Assembly (NCBI GenBank): GCA_964291405.2 | Contig: OZ219926.1 | Span: 2,720,001-2,784,000, forward strand | Source: Thermodesulfobacteriota bacterium | Lineage (GTDB): Bacteria > Desulfobacterota > Binatia > Bin18 | Reading direction: 5' to 3' | Length of the DNA: 64,000 bases | In this document: in pieces, positions 20,454-30,900 of the stretch | Layout: each line of letters begins with the position of its first letter | Numbering within the stretch: position 1 is the stretch's first letter | Translations under genes and position numbers: made by a program | The notes under the pieces: generated by a model | Told to the model about the DNA's origin: nothing | Database searches by the model: none | Seen by the model: only the letters and a program-made list of their open reading frames with translations

Positions 20454-21914
20454 CTACTGTAAGATCGCTCGGTATTCGAGTGGAATGCGCTGCTGGGGAG
20501 CATTTTTCTCTGGCGGACGCTCGGCGAGTGGGGCGTTGCTATAGGGCGTGGTTGGGACCGCCGGGCTGGTATTTTCGGTCAGTTCCTGGCTGTCTTGTTT
20601 CGCCTCGATACCGGTCGGAATACGAACTTTGACATAGCGGGCAGCCTGAGTCAGGAATCCGCCGGGCTGCTCGCCTGGCTTGTAAAAACGCTCGCCTTTT
20701 CCTCGCCCGCCAGATTGTCCGGGCTGATTGCCCGACTGCTCTGGGGACTGCTGAGGCTGTTTTCTCTCGTTGCTCTGCTGTGTGGCGTGACGGTGCTGTT
20801 CACGTCCTGCTTTGTGTGGGTCTACCCCGGAAGGTGGCTGCTGGGCGTCCGGTTGTTGGCCGGGTTGCGGTGCTTGTTGCTGTTGACCGGATGTATTCTG
20901 TTGGGCCTGTTGCTTACCTTTTTGTTCTTGAGGCTGGGGCCGGTCAAATTTGATGCCACCGCCGGATTCCTGGGGGGTATTTTGCTGCTGTGACTGTTGA
21001 TTGTCTGACTGATCCGTCTGATTTGTATTCTGCCCGCCCGGTTGCGTCTCGTTCCTCTGAGCAGACAGCGACTTCTTGAGTTGCTCCAGATTTTCATTCG
21101 TTTTCGCCAGTGGTGTGTGCTCCGGCTGTGGGCTATCGCCCTGGTTGCCTGGACTATCGTCTTGTTTGCTGTCGCTCCCAAAGATTTTGAGGTCAAGCGG
21201 AAGAATCTGCGGTATCGGCAGTGGCAGATTCATGCGTTTTTGCGCCTCGTCAATCAGGCGCATCTTCTCCTGAGGGGTCAGAGTTGGATTCTTGAGATCC
21301 TGAGAGAGGACGAGGAGTTGTGCTCCGACTTGCTGTTCTTCAGGGGAAGACTGTGAACGGACCAACTGCCGGGCCATATCTTCAATATTCTGGAGCAGGG
21401 TCTCAGTCGTCGGCGCAACAGGTGAGGGGCCACTTGGAGCCAGGGCAGCGCTGCCGGATGGTAAAAACAAGAAGAGCAGGCCACTCAGGACTGCGCCGAC
21501 ACACGCAAACGGAACCCGCCTGTCGAGATGGAAGGGCAGGTCGCGCTCGGGAACGAAGAAGGCGGCCTTCCGGGCGGCTTGGCTCCGAACCTGGGCCAAG
21601 AAGTCTGAGGAAGATGGCAGGGTTGCCAGAGTGAGGAAGCGCTCCTGGCCAGCCGTCTTCTCATCCAGCAGGCGGGCAATGCTCTCGTCCGGGTAGCTCT
21701 TTTTCCCCTGTCTGAGGGATTGTAGTAGAAAACCGAAGACGACGACGGGTGGAAGAAAAGCAAATTCGATGGGTAGCGCACATGCCAGGATCAGACTGTA
21801 TCCCAGGAAAAAAATCGCAGTCCCTAGGGGGAGAAAAAAACCGAGGGTATTGACGCTCCGCTGCCACAGCACACGACGAGCCGTCGTGGTGAAGAGTTGG
21901 GATAAGCTATCCAT
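20454..21914 (-). CDS. Hypothetical membrane protein with long Gln/Pro-rich C-terminal region
   Basis: Long ORF with ~3 hydrophobic segments, Q-rich tail, ends IPLEYRAIL; start overlaps mltG stop. Confidence 0.7.
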   Translation of the reverse strand: MDSLSQLFTTTARRVLWQRSVNTLGFFLPLGTAIFFLGYSLILACALPIEFAFLPPVVVFGFLLQSLRQGKKSYPDESIARLLDEKTAGQERFLTLATLPSSSDFLAQVRSQAARKAAFFVPERDLPFHLDRRVPFACVGAVLSGLLFLFLPSGSAALAPSGPSPVAPTTETLLQNIEDMARQLVRSQSSPEEQQVGAQLLVLSQDLKNPTLTPQEKMRLIDEAQKRMNLPLPIPQILPLDLKIFGSDSKQDDSPGNQGDSPQPEHTPLAKTNENLEQLKKSLSAQRNETQPGGQNTNQTDQSDNQQSQQQNTPQESGGGIKFDRPQPQEQKGKQQAQQNTSGQQQQAPQPGQQPDAQQPPSGVDPHKAGREQHRHATQQSNERKQPQQSPEQSGNQPGQSGGRGKGERFYKPGEQPGGFLTQAARYVKVRIPTGIEAKQDSQELTENTSPAVPTTPYSNAPLAERPPEKNAPQQRIPLEYRAILQ

Positions 21915-22914
21915 TACGCGAGCCACGTTTCTGAAACCGGCGAACCGCGCGATTATGATCCGCGAGCCGGGAAGAGAACACGTGGGTGCCATCTCCCCTG
22001 GCAACAAAATAGAGGTAGTTCGTTTCGGCTGGGGAGAGGACGGCCTGAATAGCCGCGAGCCCCGGGTTGGCAATTGGGCCAGGCGGAAGACCGGTAAACA
22101 GATAGGTATTATACGGCGTGGGCGTACGTAGATGGCGGCGTGTCAGATTCCCGTCAAAGTTTGGAATGCCGTAGATGACGGTTGGATCACACTGGAGTGG
22201 AATATTTTGACGGAGCCGATTGTGAAAGACTCCGGCAATCAGCGGACGTTCCTCTGCGGCCCCGGTCTCTTTCTCAATGAGCGAGGCCAGGGTCAGAACC
22301 TCATGCTGGGAGAACCCCAACTCCTGGGCCTGCTGTTGCATGGCCGGGGTGAAGACTTCATACAGACGTGTGACCATACGTCCCAGGATATCCACAGCAG
22401 AGCTTTGCTTTGAAAAAAAATAGGTGTCCGGGTACAGGTAGCCTTCAAGTCCGTATTCCTGGAGGTCCCATTTGGCTAAGAACTGAGGAGAGATGCTCAG
22501 AGACAGGAATTGCTCTTGAGGACCAAACCCTTGGTCTTCCAGTCTTTTGGCAATGTGTTTGAGTGTCAGTCCTTCCGGAATGGTAACCATGTGATGGATG
22601 ACCTGTCCTTGGGTCAACGTTTCGAGCAACCTCCGCGGGGTCAGCGGGGTTTCTAGGATATACTCCCCACTTTGTATGGAGCGATCTTTACCTATGAATT
22701 GCGCCCAGAAACGAAATGGCTGAACGCTTACCAGTATGCCTTCGGCAACAAGCATCTGCGCTGTTTGTTGGAGGGTACTGCCCGGAGAGATAAAGATTCG
22801 AGCAGGGGCCGCTAAAGGCGGACCTGGGGTGTTGAGCCGGGCATAGACGTAACAGGCAGTGAGTCCGCTGACGCCAATAATAAAACACGCAATAAGAGGC
22901 AGGACTTTTTTCAC
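21907..22914 (-). CDS. mltG: Endolytic transglycosylase MltG
   Basis: TIPEG, LEGYLYPDTY, LASLIEKET, LQCDPTV, YNTY..GLPPGPIANPG, YLYFVA. Confidence 0.95.
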   Translation of the reverse strand: MKKVLPLIACFIIGVSGLTACYVYARLNTPGPPLAAPARIFISPGSTLQQTAQMLVAEGILVSVQPFRFWAQFIGKDRSIQSGEYILETPLTPRRLLETLTQGQVIHHMVTIPEGLTLKHIAKRLEDQGFGPQEQFLSLSISPQFLAKWDLQEYGLEGYLYPDTYFFSKQSSAVDILGRMVTRLYEVFTPAMQQQAQELGFSQHEVLTLASLIEKETGAAEERPLIAGVFHNRLRQNIPLQCDPTVIYGIPNFDGNLTRRHLRTPTPYNTYLFTGLPPGPIANPGLAAIQAVLSPAETNYLYFVARGDGTHVFSSRLADHNRAVRRFQKRGSRNG

Positions 22915-23005
22915 CGCCGCCCAACCTACCACCGGTATGGCGGCGAAACAATGTCGGGCGATATCTCCTTGACTTTTCTGCGCTCTGCTGGCAACTTTTG
23001 TGACC

Positions 23006-24517
23006 ATGCAAAGCCGATGGCTGGAGTATTGCAAGGAAATACTCTCTATCTTCCCCGGACGCCAGAACGGCCACGTTCAGGCGCTGCTTATCGCCCCTAT
23101 CCTGGCAGTCGGCTTCCTTGGGTTTATTGTTCGGGCGGCAAACCCGGCCGTTGACCCTTCTTTTGCCAAAAACGAGGTGACCGCTCAGGTCCAACAACGT
23201 TTGAACGAGATTCAGCAAAGAAGCGATGTTCCGGGTCATGTAGAGCCGGCTTCGACCGGAGCGCAACCGACTCCGGAAGAGAAAGAAGACACGGCCCCGT
23301 CCGTTCTCGTTACCCTTCCCCCGTTGCCTGAGCTAGTAACGCCGATAGGCATGCCGCACCACATCGTGCATGCCATTAAGCCGCACGAGACGTTTGGGGG
23401 GATTCTGAAAGAAGAAGGGCTCTCGCCTCAACAGACCGCCGCATGGATCAGTGCGGCGCAACAAAGGGCTGAGGTGCGGAGGTTGCAAGTTGGACGCACC
23501 ATAACGTTTTCCTATGAGCCCGATCACAATGGGACGCCAACGCTGCGAACCGTTTCCTGTAGTATTAATCAGGACACTTCACTCGTGTTTGAGCAGGATG
23601 AGAGCGGGCACATTCAGTCACGAATCGAGACCACTCCCACGACCCTTGTCTGGCGTGCCGTTGGTGGCCGCATTACCCATAGTTTGGGTTGGGCAGCCAG
23701 AAAAATAGGTGTCCCGGCCGGTATCATCGATGCGGTGGCAGATATGGGCTGGGATCTGAACCTTTCATACGACCTTCAGCCGGGTGACCCATTCAAAATC
23801 ATTTTTGAGGAAATTCAGCATAACGGGCAAGCAGTGAAGCATGGTAAAGTGCTTGCCGCAGAAATCGTGAACAAGGGGAAAAGACACCTCGTCTTTCCTT
23901 TCGACGTGGAAGAAGGGATTGGGGTTGGGCGGCAGTTTCTGCGCTACCCTGTCCGATTCACCCGTATCTCGTCGGTTTTTAGCGATGCCCGGATGCATCC
24001 CATTTACAAACGGAAACGTCCCCACCGTGGCGTGGATTTCGCCGCCCCAACGGGAACACCGGTACGCGCGGTGGCAGATGGCAAGGTTACTTACGCCGGC
24101 TGGAAAGGCAACTATGGCCGTTTTCTCAAGATTGACCATGCTGGACCCTATAGTTCGGCATACGCCCACCTGCGACGCATCAAAAAAGGAGTGAGAGCCG
24201 GAACCTTTGTAAAAAGGGGACAGGTCATCGGCTATGTCGGGTCTTCAGGGGCCGCAACCGGCCCGCACCTGCACTTTGAGATGCATAAAAACGGTCGGTA
24301 TATCAATCCATTGAAAAAAGTGCCGACACAGAATATCTTTGCCGGGCAAAAAAGACCGCCTGCAGCGCGGCCTGACCCACAGCTCGCGGCAATACGAAAG
24401 AAGCTGGAAGAGTATCTCGCTAGGCTGAGTGTACAGAACGGACCTGAGAGCCGGATCTATACGGCCATCCCACGGATTCAAACCGCTGCCAGCGCGGCCG
24501 TTGAGCCACAGGCGTAA
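23006..24517 (+). CDS. M23 family peptidoglycan DD-endopeptidase (MepM-like)
   Basis: HRGVDFAAPTGTPV, YAHL, TGPHLHFE; N-terminal hydrophobic segment; start uncertain. Confidence 0.88.
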   Translation: MQSRWLEYCKEILSIFPGRQNGHVQALLIAPILAVGFLGFIVRAANPAVDPSFAKNEVTAQVQQRLNEIQQRSDVPGHVEPASTGAQPTPEEKEDTAPSVLVTLPPLPELVTPIGMPHHIVHAIKPHETFGGILKEEGLSPQQTAAWISAAQQRAEVRRLQVGRTITFSYEPDHNGTPTLRTVSCSINQDTSLVFEQDESGHIQSRIETTPTTLVWRAVGGRITHSLGWAARKIGVPAGIIDAVADMGWDLNLSYDLQPGDPFKIIFEEIQHNGQAVKHGKVLAAEIVNKGKRHLVFPFDVEEGIGVGRQFLRYPVRFTRISSVFSDARMHPIYKRKRPHRGVDFAAPTGTPVRAVADGKVTYAGWKGNYGRFLKIDHAGPYSSAYAHLRRIKKGVRAGTFVKRGQVIGYVGSSGAATGPHLHFEMHKNGRYINPLKKVPTQNIFAGQKRPPAARPDPQLAAIRKKLEEYLARLSVQNGPESRIYTAIPRIQTAASAAVEPQA

Positions 24518-24596
24518 TTGCCTGTCTTGGGCCTCCCTATTTTGTTCCTATCCTTTGGGAATACGCGACTTCCCGTTCAAAAGCCCCTATAAAACC

Positions 24597-24989
24597 ATGC
24601 TCTCCCATACGGAAAAACTTCGAGTGCGGTGGGTCGATACCGATGCGTCGGGCCGTATTCATTACACGGCAGCGTTTCGGTATTTTGAGATAGCCGAGTG
24701 GGAATTGATGCGACAAGCCGGATTCCCGCTGTCCGACCATCGCAAGATATCAGGGCTACCGCGGGTAAATGTTTCGGCAACATTTTATGCTCCCCTCTTT
24801 GTTGATGAGCCAATTGAGGTAAAAGTCTGGGTTGAGCGGATTGGAACTACCTCCATTACCTTTGCCGGGGAGATCCACCGAGCTGGAGAGCGCTGCGTCA
24901 GTGGGTTGATCACCGCAGTTTTTGTGAATCCACAGGACCAGCCTCAGCCCATTCCCGAGGCCATTCGCCACGCTCTGAGCGCTGCGTGA
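24597..24989 (+). CDS. Acyl-CoA thioesterase (4HBT/YbgC family)
   Basis: VRWVDTDASGRIHY..FRYFE hotdog-fold motif. Confidence 0.85.
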   Translation: MLSHTEKLRVRWVDTDASGRIHYTAAFRYFEIAEWELMRQAGFPLSDHRKISGLPRVNVSATFYAPLFVDEPIEVKVWVERIGTTSITFAGEIHRAGERCVSGLITAVFVNPQDQPQPIPEAIRHALSAA

Positions 24990-25039
24990 CGAAGGCCTGG
25001 GAGTTGACAGAAAAAACACGCTCGCATAGGTAACGGGAG

Positions 25040-25360
25040 ATGTCATACGCAGTAATTCGTACGGGTGGAAAACAATATCGAGTGACGCAGGGCGAGCTCC
25101 TGCGGGTGGAGTCTCTCCCGGGAGAAGTCGGGAGTGATATTACGTTCCCTGATGTGTTGCTCACCTCGGCTGAGGGCGCGGTCCAAATTGGTACCCCGCT
25201 TGTGTCTGGCGCTTCCGTGACGGCTCGCGTTGTTGAGCATGGAAAAGAGAAAAAGATTATTGTTTTTAAGAAGAAGCGGCGCAAGGGGTATCGTCGCAAA
25301 CATGGCCACCGGCAGCACTTTACGGCCGTGCAGGTCAAATCGATCAACCTGGGAGGATAA
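25040..25360 (+). CDS. rplU: 50S ribosomal protein L21
   Basis: [13 protein letters not shown]; [14 protein letters not shown]. Confidence 0.97.
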   Translation: MSYAVIRTGGKQYRVTQGELLRVESLPGEVGSDITFPDVLLTSAEGAVQIGTPLVSGASVTARVVEHGKEKKIIVFKKKRRKGYRRKHGHRQHFTAVQVKSINLGG

Positions 25361-25362
25361 AC

Positions 25363-25617
25363 GTGGCACATAAAAAAGGACAAGGCTCCAGTCGGAATGG
25401 CCGAGACAGCCCAGGACAGCGCCGCGGCGTCAAGCTTTATGCCGGACAATTTGCAAAGGCAGGGAATATTATTGTTCGTCAGCTCGGAACGCGTATCTAC
25501 CCAGGAACTAATGTTGGCATGGGACGAGATTATACGCTGTTTGCCAAGACTGACGGAGTGATCCAGTTTGAACGTATGGGCAAAGCGCGCAAGCGGGTCT
25601 GCGTCTACCCGCAGTAA
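25363..25617 (+). CDS. rpmA: 50S ribosomal protein L27
   Basis: [15 protein letters not shown]; IVRQLGT. Confidence 0.97.
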   Translation: MAHKKGQGSSRNGRDSPGQRRGVKLYAGQFAKAGNIIVRQLGTRIYPGTNVGMGRDYTLFAKTDGVIQFERMGKARKRVCVYPQ

Positions 25618-25653
25618 TCCGTTCGGCCGCACGCGCGAACACAAGGTTACAGG

Positions 25654-25679
25654 AAAAGCCCCACTTCGGGGCTTTTTTT
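25654..25679 (+). terminator. Rho-independent terminator after rpmA
   Basis: AAAAGCCCC-ACTTC-GGGGCTTTTTTT. Confidence 0.8.
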
Positions 25680-25720
25680 ATTGGCCTGCTTCGGTCCCCT
25701 ATTCCTGATATACATGGGCT

Positions 25721-26764
25721 ATGAACTTCGTTGACGAAGTGACCATGACAGTAAAGGCCGGTGATGGCGGGCGCGGCTGTGTCAGCTTTCTGCGCGAGAA
25801 GTTTCGGCCCTGGGGGGGACCAAACGGCGGCAATGGCGGCAATGGCGGAGACGTCATCCTGTGCGTCGATCCGCAACGCAACACCCTGCTTGAGCTCGCC
25901 CATCGGCATCACGTCAAAGCGGCACGGGGCGATCATGGACGGGGTAAGGATCAACACGGGAAAAACGCAAAGGCCCTCATTCTTCCCGTCCCGGCCGGAA
26001 CTATTGCGCGCGATATGGAGAGTGGAGAAATACTCGCCGACCTGCGAACTGCCGGGCAACAGGTCGTGGTCGCTCACGGCGGAAAAGGCGGAAGAGGGAA
26101 CGCCTCTTTCGCCACCTCCACCAATCGGGCCCCCCGGTTCGCCCAGCCGGGGCTGCCCGGAGAGACGCGGCAGATCCAGCTGGAACTCCGCTTATTGGCG
26201 GATGTTGGCCTGGTAGGGTTTCCCAACGTCGGGAAGTCGACGCTGATCTCCGCTGTGTCTGCCGCACGTCCGCGGGTTGCCGATTTTCCCTTTACAACCC
26301 TCGTTCCGCACCTTGGCGTTGTCCGCTATGGCGATGAGGGCTCATTTGTCATGGCTGACGTGCCGGGGCTCATTGAGGGGGCGCATGCCGGACATGGGTT
26401 GGGCGTGCGCTTTCTGCGCCATCTCTCGCGGACTTCTATTCTGGTTCATCTTCTTGATATATCTGATCCAGCACGTGATCCGTATGCCGACCACCGCGTC
26501 ATCAATAGTGAACTCGCCGCTTTTGATACTGTCCTGGCTCGACGTCCGCAGATCGTGGCCGTCACAAAAGCTGACCTGCCGACCACCCGCGACCGGTTTC
26601 CTGAGGTGCAGGAGGTTTTTGCTCGGCATGAGAAAACATTACATCTCATCTCTGCGGCAACGGGGGAGGGGAAACAGGAATTGGTGAGAGCAATTACCCA
26701 TCTGCTCGAACAGAGACAACACCGGACGGGCGACGAAGGGGAGACTGAGGATTCCCCACCATGA
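25721..26764 (+). CDS. obgE: GTPase ObgE/CgtA
   Basis: FVDEV, Gly-rich Obg fold, GFPNVGKST, FTTLVP, DVPGLIEGA. Confidence 0.97.
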   Translation: MNFVDEVTMTVKAGDGGRGCVSFLREKFRPWGGPNGGNGGNGGDVILCVDPQRNTLLELAHRHHVKAARGDHGRGKDQHGKNAKALILPVPAGTIARDMESGEILADLRTAGQQVVVAHGGKGGRGNASFATSTNRAPRFAQPGLPGETRQIQLELRLLADVGLVGFPNVGKSTLISAVSAARPRVADFPFTTLVPHLGVVRYGDEGSFVMADVPGLIEGAHAGHGLGVRFLRHLSRTSILVHLLDISDPARDPYADHRVINSELAAFDTVLARRPQIVAVTKADLPTTRDRFPEVQEVFARHEKTLHLISAATGEGKQELVRAITHLLEQRQHRTGDEGETEDSPP

Positions 26765-27906
26765 GTGATTGTAATATCCAGCTCACACATAAAGCGCGTA
26801 TTCTTACGAAGACGAGGCGTATTGTGGTGAAAGTCGGGAGCAGTGTGCTGTCCGATGGAGACGGTGTCTACGCTCCACGGGTTCGCCAACTCGCGACGAT
26901 CCTTTCCACCCTGCAACAGGTGGAGGTGGTCTTAGTCACTTCGGGAGCCGTTGCTGCGGGAATGGGTGCACTCAATATGAAACAGCGCCCGAGGACGATA
27001 CCGGCGAAACAAGCGGCCGCAGCCATTGGACAGATTACGCTCATGGCGTTGTACGAAGAATGCTTTTCGCAGCATGCCATCCGGGTGGCGCAGATTCTTC
27101 TCACCCATGACGATCTGGCCAACCGACGACGCTATCTGAACGCCAAGCATACCCTTTTGACTCTGATCGAATCCGGGGTCGTGCCCATTGTCAATGAGAA
27201 TGACACGGTGGCGGTTGAAGAAATCCAGTTTGGCGATAACGATAATCTCTCCGCCCAAGTCGCCGTTCTTGTCGAGGCGGATCTGCTGATCATCTTGAGC
27301 GATGTTGCGGGTTTATACGAAACAGACCCCCGTCTGGACCAGCACGCAAAACGTATTGCTCTGGTCGAGCGGTTCGACGAACAATTGATGCAGCGGTGCG
27401 GGCAAGCTGGCCCGCTGGGCCGCGGCGGGATGACTTCTAAAATCGAAGCCGCGCAAAAGGCGGCCCTGTCAGGTATTCCCTCTCTTCTTATAGATGGTAG
27501 GAACAATGAAGAGCTCTATGCGGTTTTTGACCCGCAACGGGAAGCCGGCACGCTGTTTCTGCCAGTTTCGGATAGGATTGCGAGTCGGAAACACTGGATC
27601 GCCTACACGTTAAAGCCGGCTGGCTCACTCCGTCTTGATGCCGGGGCAGCGGCAGCGATTCGGCAGGATGGGAGGAGTCTGCTACCTGCCGGGGTGCGTG
27701 GAGTATCTGGAAGCTTTGAGGAAGGGGACTGTGTGACCTGTCTCGACGACCACGGAGATGAATTTGCTCGTGGCCTAGTGAACTATAGCGCTGTGGCTCT
27801 GAGGCAGATTCAAGGCGTGCACACGAGTCAAATTGAACAGGCCCTCGGCTATAAGGTGGGCGATGAAGTGATTCATCGTGACGACTTGGCCTTGCTACAA
27901 GACTAG
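26761..27906 (+). CDS. proB: Glutamate 5-kinase with PUA domain
   Basis: VVKVGSS, VTSGAV, NENDTV, GDNDNLSA, GGMTSK, SLLPAG. Confidence 0.97.
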   Translation: MSDCNIQLTHKARILTKTRRIVVKVGSSVLSDGDGVYAPRVRQLATILSTLQQVEVVLVTSGAVAAGMGALNMKQRPRTIPAKQAAAAIGQITLMALYEECFSQHAIRVAQILLTHDDLANRRRYLNAKHTLLTLIESGVVPIVNENDTVAVEEIQFGDNDNLSAQVAVLVEADLLIILSDVAGLYETDPRLDQHAKRIALVERFDEQLMQRCGQAGPLGRGGMTSKIEAAQKAALSGIPSLLIDGRNNEELYAVFDPQREAGTLFLPVSDRIASRKHWIAYTLKPAGSLRLDAGAAAAIRQDGRSLLPAGVRGVSGSFEEGDCVTCLDDHGDEFARGLVNYSAVALRQIQGVHTSQIEQALGYKVGDEVIHRDDLALLQD

Positions 27907-27930
27907 AGAAAAGACACAAAGGAAGAGGCG

Positions 27931-29187
27931 ATGAGTCTTGAAAATATGGTGGTCACATTAGCCCAAACCGCAAAAAAAGCCGCCCGAATATTGGCTACCG
28001 TATCAACACACACGAAGAATCAGGCGCTTCTCGCCGCTGCTCAGCAACTCCGGGAGCAGACGGAAGTCTTGCTGACTGCCAATGCCCAGGACGTTGCCCG
28101 AGGAAAAGACAAGGGCTTATCTGCCGCGTTGCTCGATCGGCTGACGCTGAACCAAACGCGCATACACGCCATGGCCACAGGGCTCGAAATTATGGTCGAT
28201 CTGCCGGACCCGGTCGAGGAAACAGTCGCCACCTGGAAGCGACCAAATGGCCTGGAAATCAGCCAAATCCGCGTCCCGCTCGGCGTTGTCGGGATTATTT
28301 ACGAGTCGCGGCCGAATGTCACGGCCGATGCCGCCGGCCTGTGCCTCAAGGCTGGCAATGCGGTTGTGCTGAAAGGGGGATCGGAGGCGTTTGCGACCAA
28401 CAGTGCCATTGTTGATGTGCTGACCCAGGCCTTTGCCGAAGCGGGCTTGCCGGACGGGGCGGTTCAACTGGTTCGCTCGACCGATCGACAGGCCGTCTCC
28501 TTTCTCCTCCAGCAAGATCGCTATATTGATGTCATTATTCCGCGCGGCGGAGAGGAGTTGATCCGCGCCGTCACGCGCGCCTCCGCCATCCCGGTGATTC
28601 AGCATTTCTCCGGCATATGTCACACCTATGTCGATGCCGCGGCTGATATTGAAAAGGCACACCAAGTTTGCCTGAATGCCAAGGCACAAAGGCCGTGGGT
28701 GTGCAATGCTATGGAGAACCTGCTGGTACATGAAGCCGTTGCCCACCGTTTCCTCCCAGACTTCGTTGCGCGACTCGAACAAGAGAGTGTCGAGGTTCGC
28801 GGCTGTGACCAGACGCGCCAGATCGTCCCTCAGGTGGGCGTCGCGACTGAGACGGATTGGCAAACCGAATATCTTGATAAAATTCTCTCAGTCAAAGTGG
28901 TGCGCTCGCTTGATGAGGCGCTGGATTTTATTCATACCAACGGGTCAGGACTAGCCGATTGCATCGTGAGCGAAGATTACTCACACGTCCGGCGGTTTCT
29001 GCGTGAGGTCGACTCTGCGACGGTCTATGCAAACGCTTCAACGCGCTTCACCGATGGCTTTGAGTTCGGATTCGGGGCTGAGGTCGGCATTTCGACGAAC
29101 CGACTCCACGCCAGGGGGCCCATGGGCCTGCGTGAGCTGACAACCTATAAATATGTGGTCTACGGAGATGGCCAGATACGAGCATAA
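27931..29187 (+). CDS. proA: Gamma-glutamyl phosphate reductase
   Basis: YESRPNVT, LKGGSEA, IPRGG, CNAME, NASTRFTDG, HARGPMG. Confidence 0.97.
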   Translation: MSLENMVVTLAQTAKKAARILATVSTHTKNQALLAAAQQLREQTEVLLTANAQDVARGKDKGLSAALLDRLTLNQTRIHAMATGLEIMVDLPDPVEETVATWKRPNGLEISQIRVPLGVVGIIYESRPNVTADAAGLCLKAGNAVVLKGGSEAFATNSAIVDVLTQAFAEAGLPDGAVQLVRSTDRQAVSFLLQQDRYIDVIIPRGGEELIRAVTRASAIPVIQHFSGICHTYVDAAADIEKAHQVCLNAKAQRPWVCNAMENLLVHEAVAHRFLPDFVARLEQESVEVRGCDQTRQIVPQVGVATETDWQTEYLDKILSVKVVRSLDEALDFIHTNGSGLADCIVSEDYSHVRRFLREVDSATVYANASTRFTDGFEFGFGAEVGISTNRLHARGPMGLRELTTYKYVVYGDGQIRA

Positions 29188-29196
29188 CAGACGAAA

Positions 29197-29248
29197 AAGA
29201 GTCACCGAGCCAACCGCTTTATATAAGTTAGAGGGCCCGTTGACTCTT
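29197..29248 (-). repeat. Palindromic element, highly degenerate copy (proA-nadD intergenic)
   Basis: Reverse complement AAGAGTCAACGGGCCCTCTAACTTATATAAAGCGGTTGGCTCGGTGACTCTT keeps terminal stem and CCTCyAA/AAAGC loop motifs. Confidence 0.6.
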
Positions 29249-29262
29249 CCAGATTCTCACGT

Positions 29263-29931
29263 ATGAAAGTCGGGCTGTTCGGCGGAACGTTTAACCCCAT
29301 CCATTTGGGTCATTTACGCAGTGCGGAAGAAGTCTGCGCAGCGTTTACGCTTGACCGCATATACTTCATTCCTTCTGCTTCTCCTCCGCACAAGCGCCCA
29401 ACGGATATCGCCCCTGCCCACCATCGCTACAATATGGTGGAGCGGGCAGTTGCTGCCAACCCGGCCTTCTTTGCCTCTCGTATCGAACTCGACCGCGCCG
29501 GCCCCTCGTTTTCGATTGATACGATACGCGCCTTTCGGACAAGGGAAACATCGGCCTCTCTCGCCTTTCTTATCGGGATGGATGCGTTCTGTGAGATAGA
29601 GACCTGGAAGGACTATCTGGAGATTCCCAGCTTATGCGATCTGATTGTCACCTCGCGTCCCGGGGTTCCCACTCCACCACTTGATCAACTCCTTCCCGTT
29701 GCTCTTCGGCCCGCCTTTTGGTATGATTCGATCCAGCAGAGATACCAGCACGAATCAGGGCATACATTGACGCTCTATACACTGAACGGTCTCCATATTT
29801 CGGCCTCCAGCATCCGTGACAACCTTCGCGTTGGTCGGCCCACACTCTGCCAGCTCCCGCCCGCCGTGGCGGACTATATCGCGACGCACGCCCTCTATGG
29901 CACCCAAGAGGCTCTTTCCTTTGAAAGCTGA
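29263..29931 (+). CDS. nadD: Nicotinate-nucleotide adenylyltransferase
   Basis: GGTFNPIHLGH, PPHK, IGMDAF, ISASSIR. Confidence 0.95.
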   Translation: MKVGLFGGTFNPIHLGHLRSAEEVCAAFTLDRIYFIPSASPPHKRPTDIAPAHHRYNMVERAVAANPAFFASRIELDRAGPSFSIDTIRAFRTRETSASLAFLIGMDAFCEIETWKDYLEIPSLCDLIVTSRPGVPTPPLDQLLPVALRPAFWYDSIQQRYQHESGHTLTLYTLNGLHISASSIRDNLRVGRPTLCQLPPAVADYIATHALYGTQEALSFES

Positions 29932-30316
29932 CGACAGCTGGCAAAAAGCCCTGTGGTGCGCGCAATCTGCGCTGGACAAAAAGGCCTACGACCTCGTTGT
30001 CCTTGACGTCGAAGCCTTGACGTCTGTTGCCTCTTATTTTGTGATTTGCACCGGACGGTCGGATATTCAAGTGCAGACGATCAGCCAAGCCATTGAGGGG
30101 GCTCTCCGGCGGGAAGGCCATCGCCCCTTAGCCCTTGAAGGCGTTTCGCACGGACAATGGGTCCTCATGGATTTTGGGGATGTTATTGTCCATATTTTCT
30201 ACGAAACAGTCCGAGAATTTTACAATCTTGAAGGACTCTGGGCCAAGGCTCCACGCTGCCCGCTGCCCGAACCCTACTCGACGCAAGCCATGGACCTCCG
30301 ACTCGAAACCGGCTAG
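29921..30316 (+). CDS. rsfS: Ribosome silencing factor RsfS (Iojap)
   Basis: DKKA.D, YFVICTG, WVLMDFGDVIVHIF...REFYNLEGLW; TTG start overlapping nadD. Confidence 0.92.
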   Translation: MKADDSWQKALWCAQSALDKKAYDLVVLDVEALTSVASYFVICTGRSDIQVQTISQAIEGALRREGHRPLALEGVSHGQWVLMDFGDVIVHIFYETVREFYNLEGLWAKAPRCPLPEPYSTQAMDLRLETG

Positions 30317-30421
30317 CGGCCTTCTTCTGGCACCGAGAAAATTCCCCTTCTCTTTCTTTCCACACGCCTTTCCCCTTATACTAGTAGCCGGAACCAGCGA
30401 GAGAACCTCGTGGGGGATGCT

Positions 30422-30823
30422 ATGGGGCGAACGGCTTCTGCGCAAGAGATTCTATATTACGGCAGTACCCCTAAACACCAGTATTGGGAGAACGAAAAAC
30501 AGACGCTGCGTCTCGTCCGCGACCGGTCTGCATCGGTCTGGCGAGCGTATCACAAGCAAAGCGGCCGGTATCGCCCTTTACTCGTGAAGTCTCGCTCCTC
30601 GGCAGGACTCCGAAGAGGAAAACGGAAATCGACACCGCTGACGGGCAGAAGCGCTGAAGAAGTCGTGGCTAATATCAAGCGTGACTATCAGCTGCGGCTG
30701 GTGCTTGAGCAACGACTGCGCCGCTGGATGGACAAGTCGTCAGGAAAGCGTGTGCTGGCCTTTCTCGACCCCAACCAGGGAGGTGCGCCGGCGATGACGG
30801 ATCCAGGCACGTATAATGCCTGA
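30422..30823 (+). CDS. Hypothetical basic protein
   Basis: ORF filling the gap between rsfS and convergent fabH; GGGGA upstream; no recognised motif. Confidence 0.5.
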   Translation: MGRTASAQEILYYGSTPKHQYWENEKQTLRLVRDRSASVWRAYHKQSGRYRPLLVKSRSSAGLRRGKRKSTPLTGRSAEEVVANIKRDYQLRLVLEQRLRRWMDKSSGKRVLAFLDPNQGGAPAMTDPGTYNA

Positions 30824-30900
30824 TAAGATCAGTTCCCCTTCTCTCGCAACAGGAAAGTCTTGAAAAGTCGATTGCTTAATCAACCCGCGGCGGCGCGATC

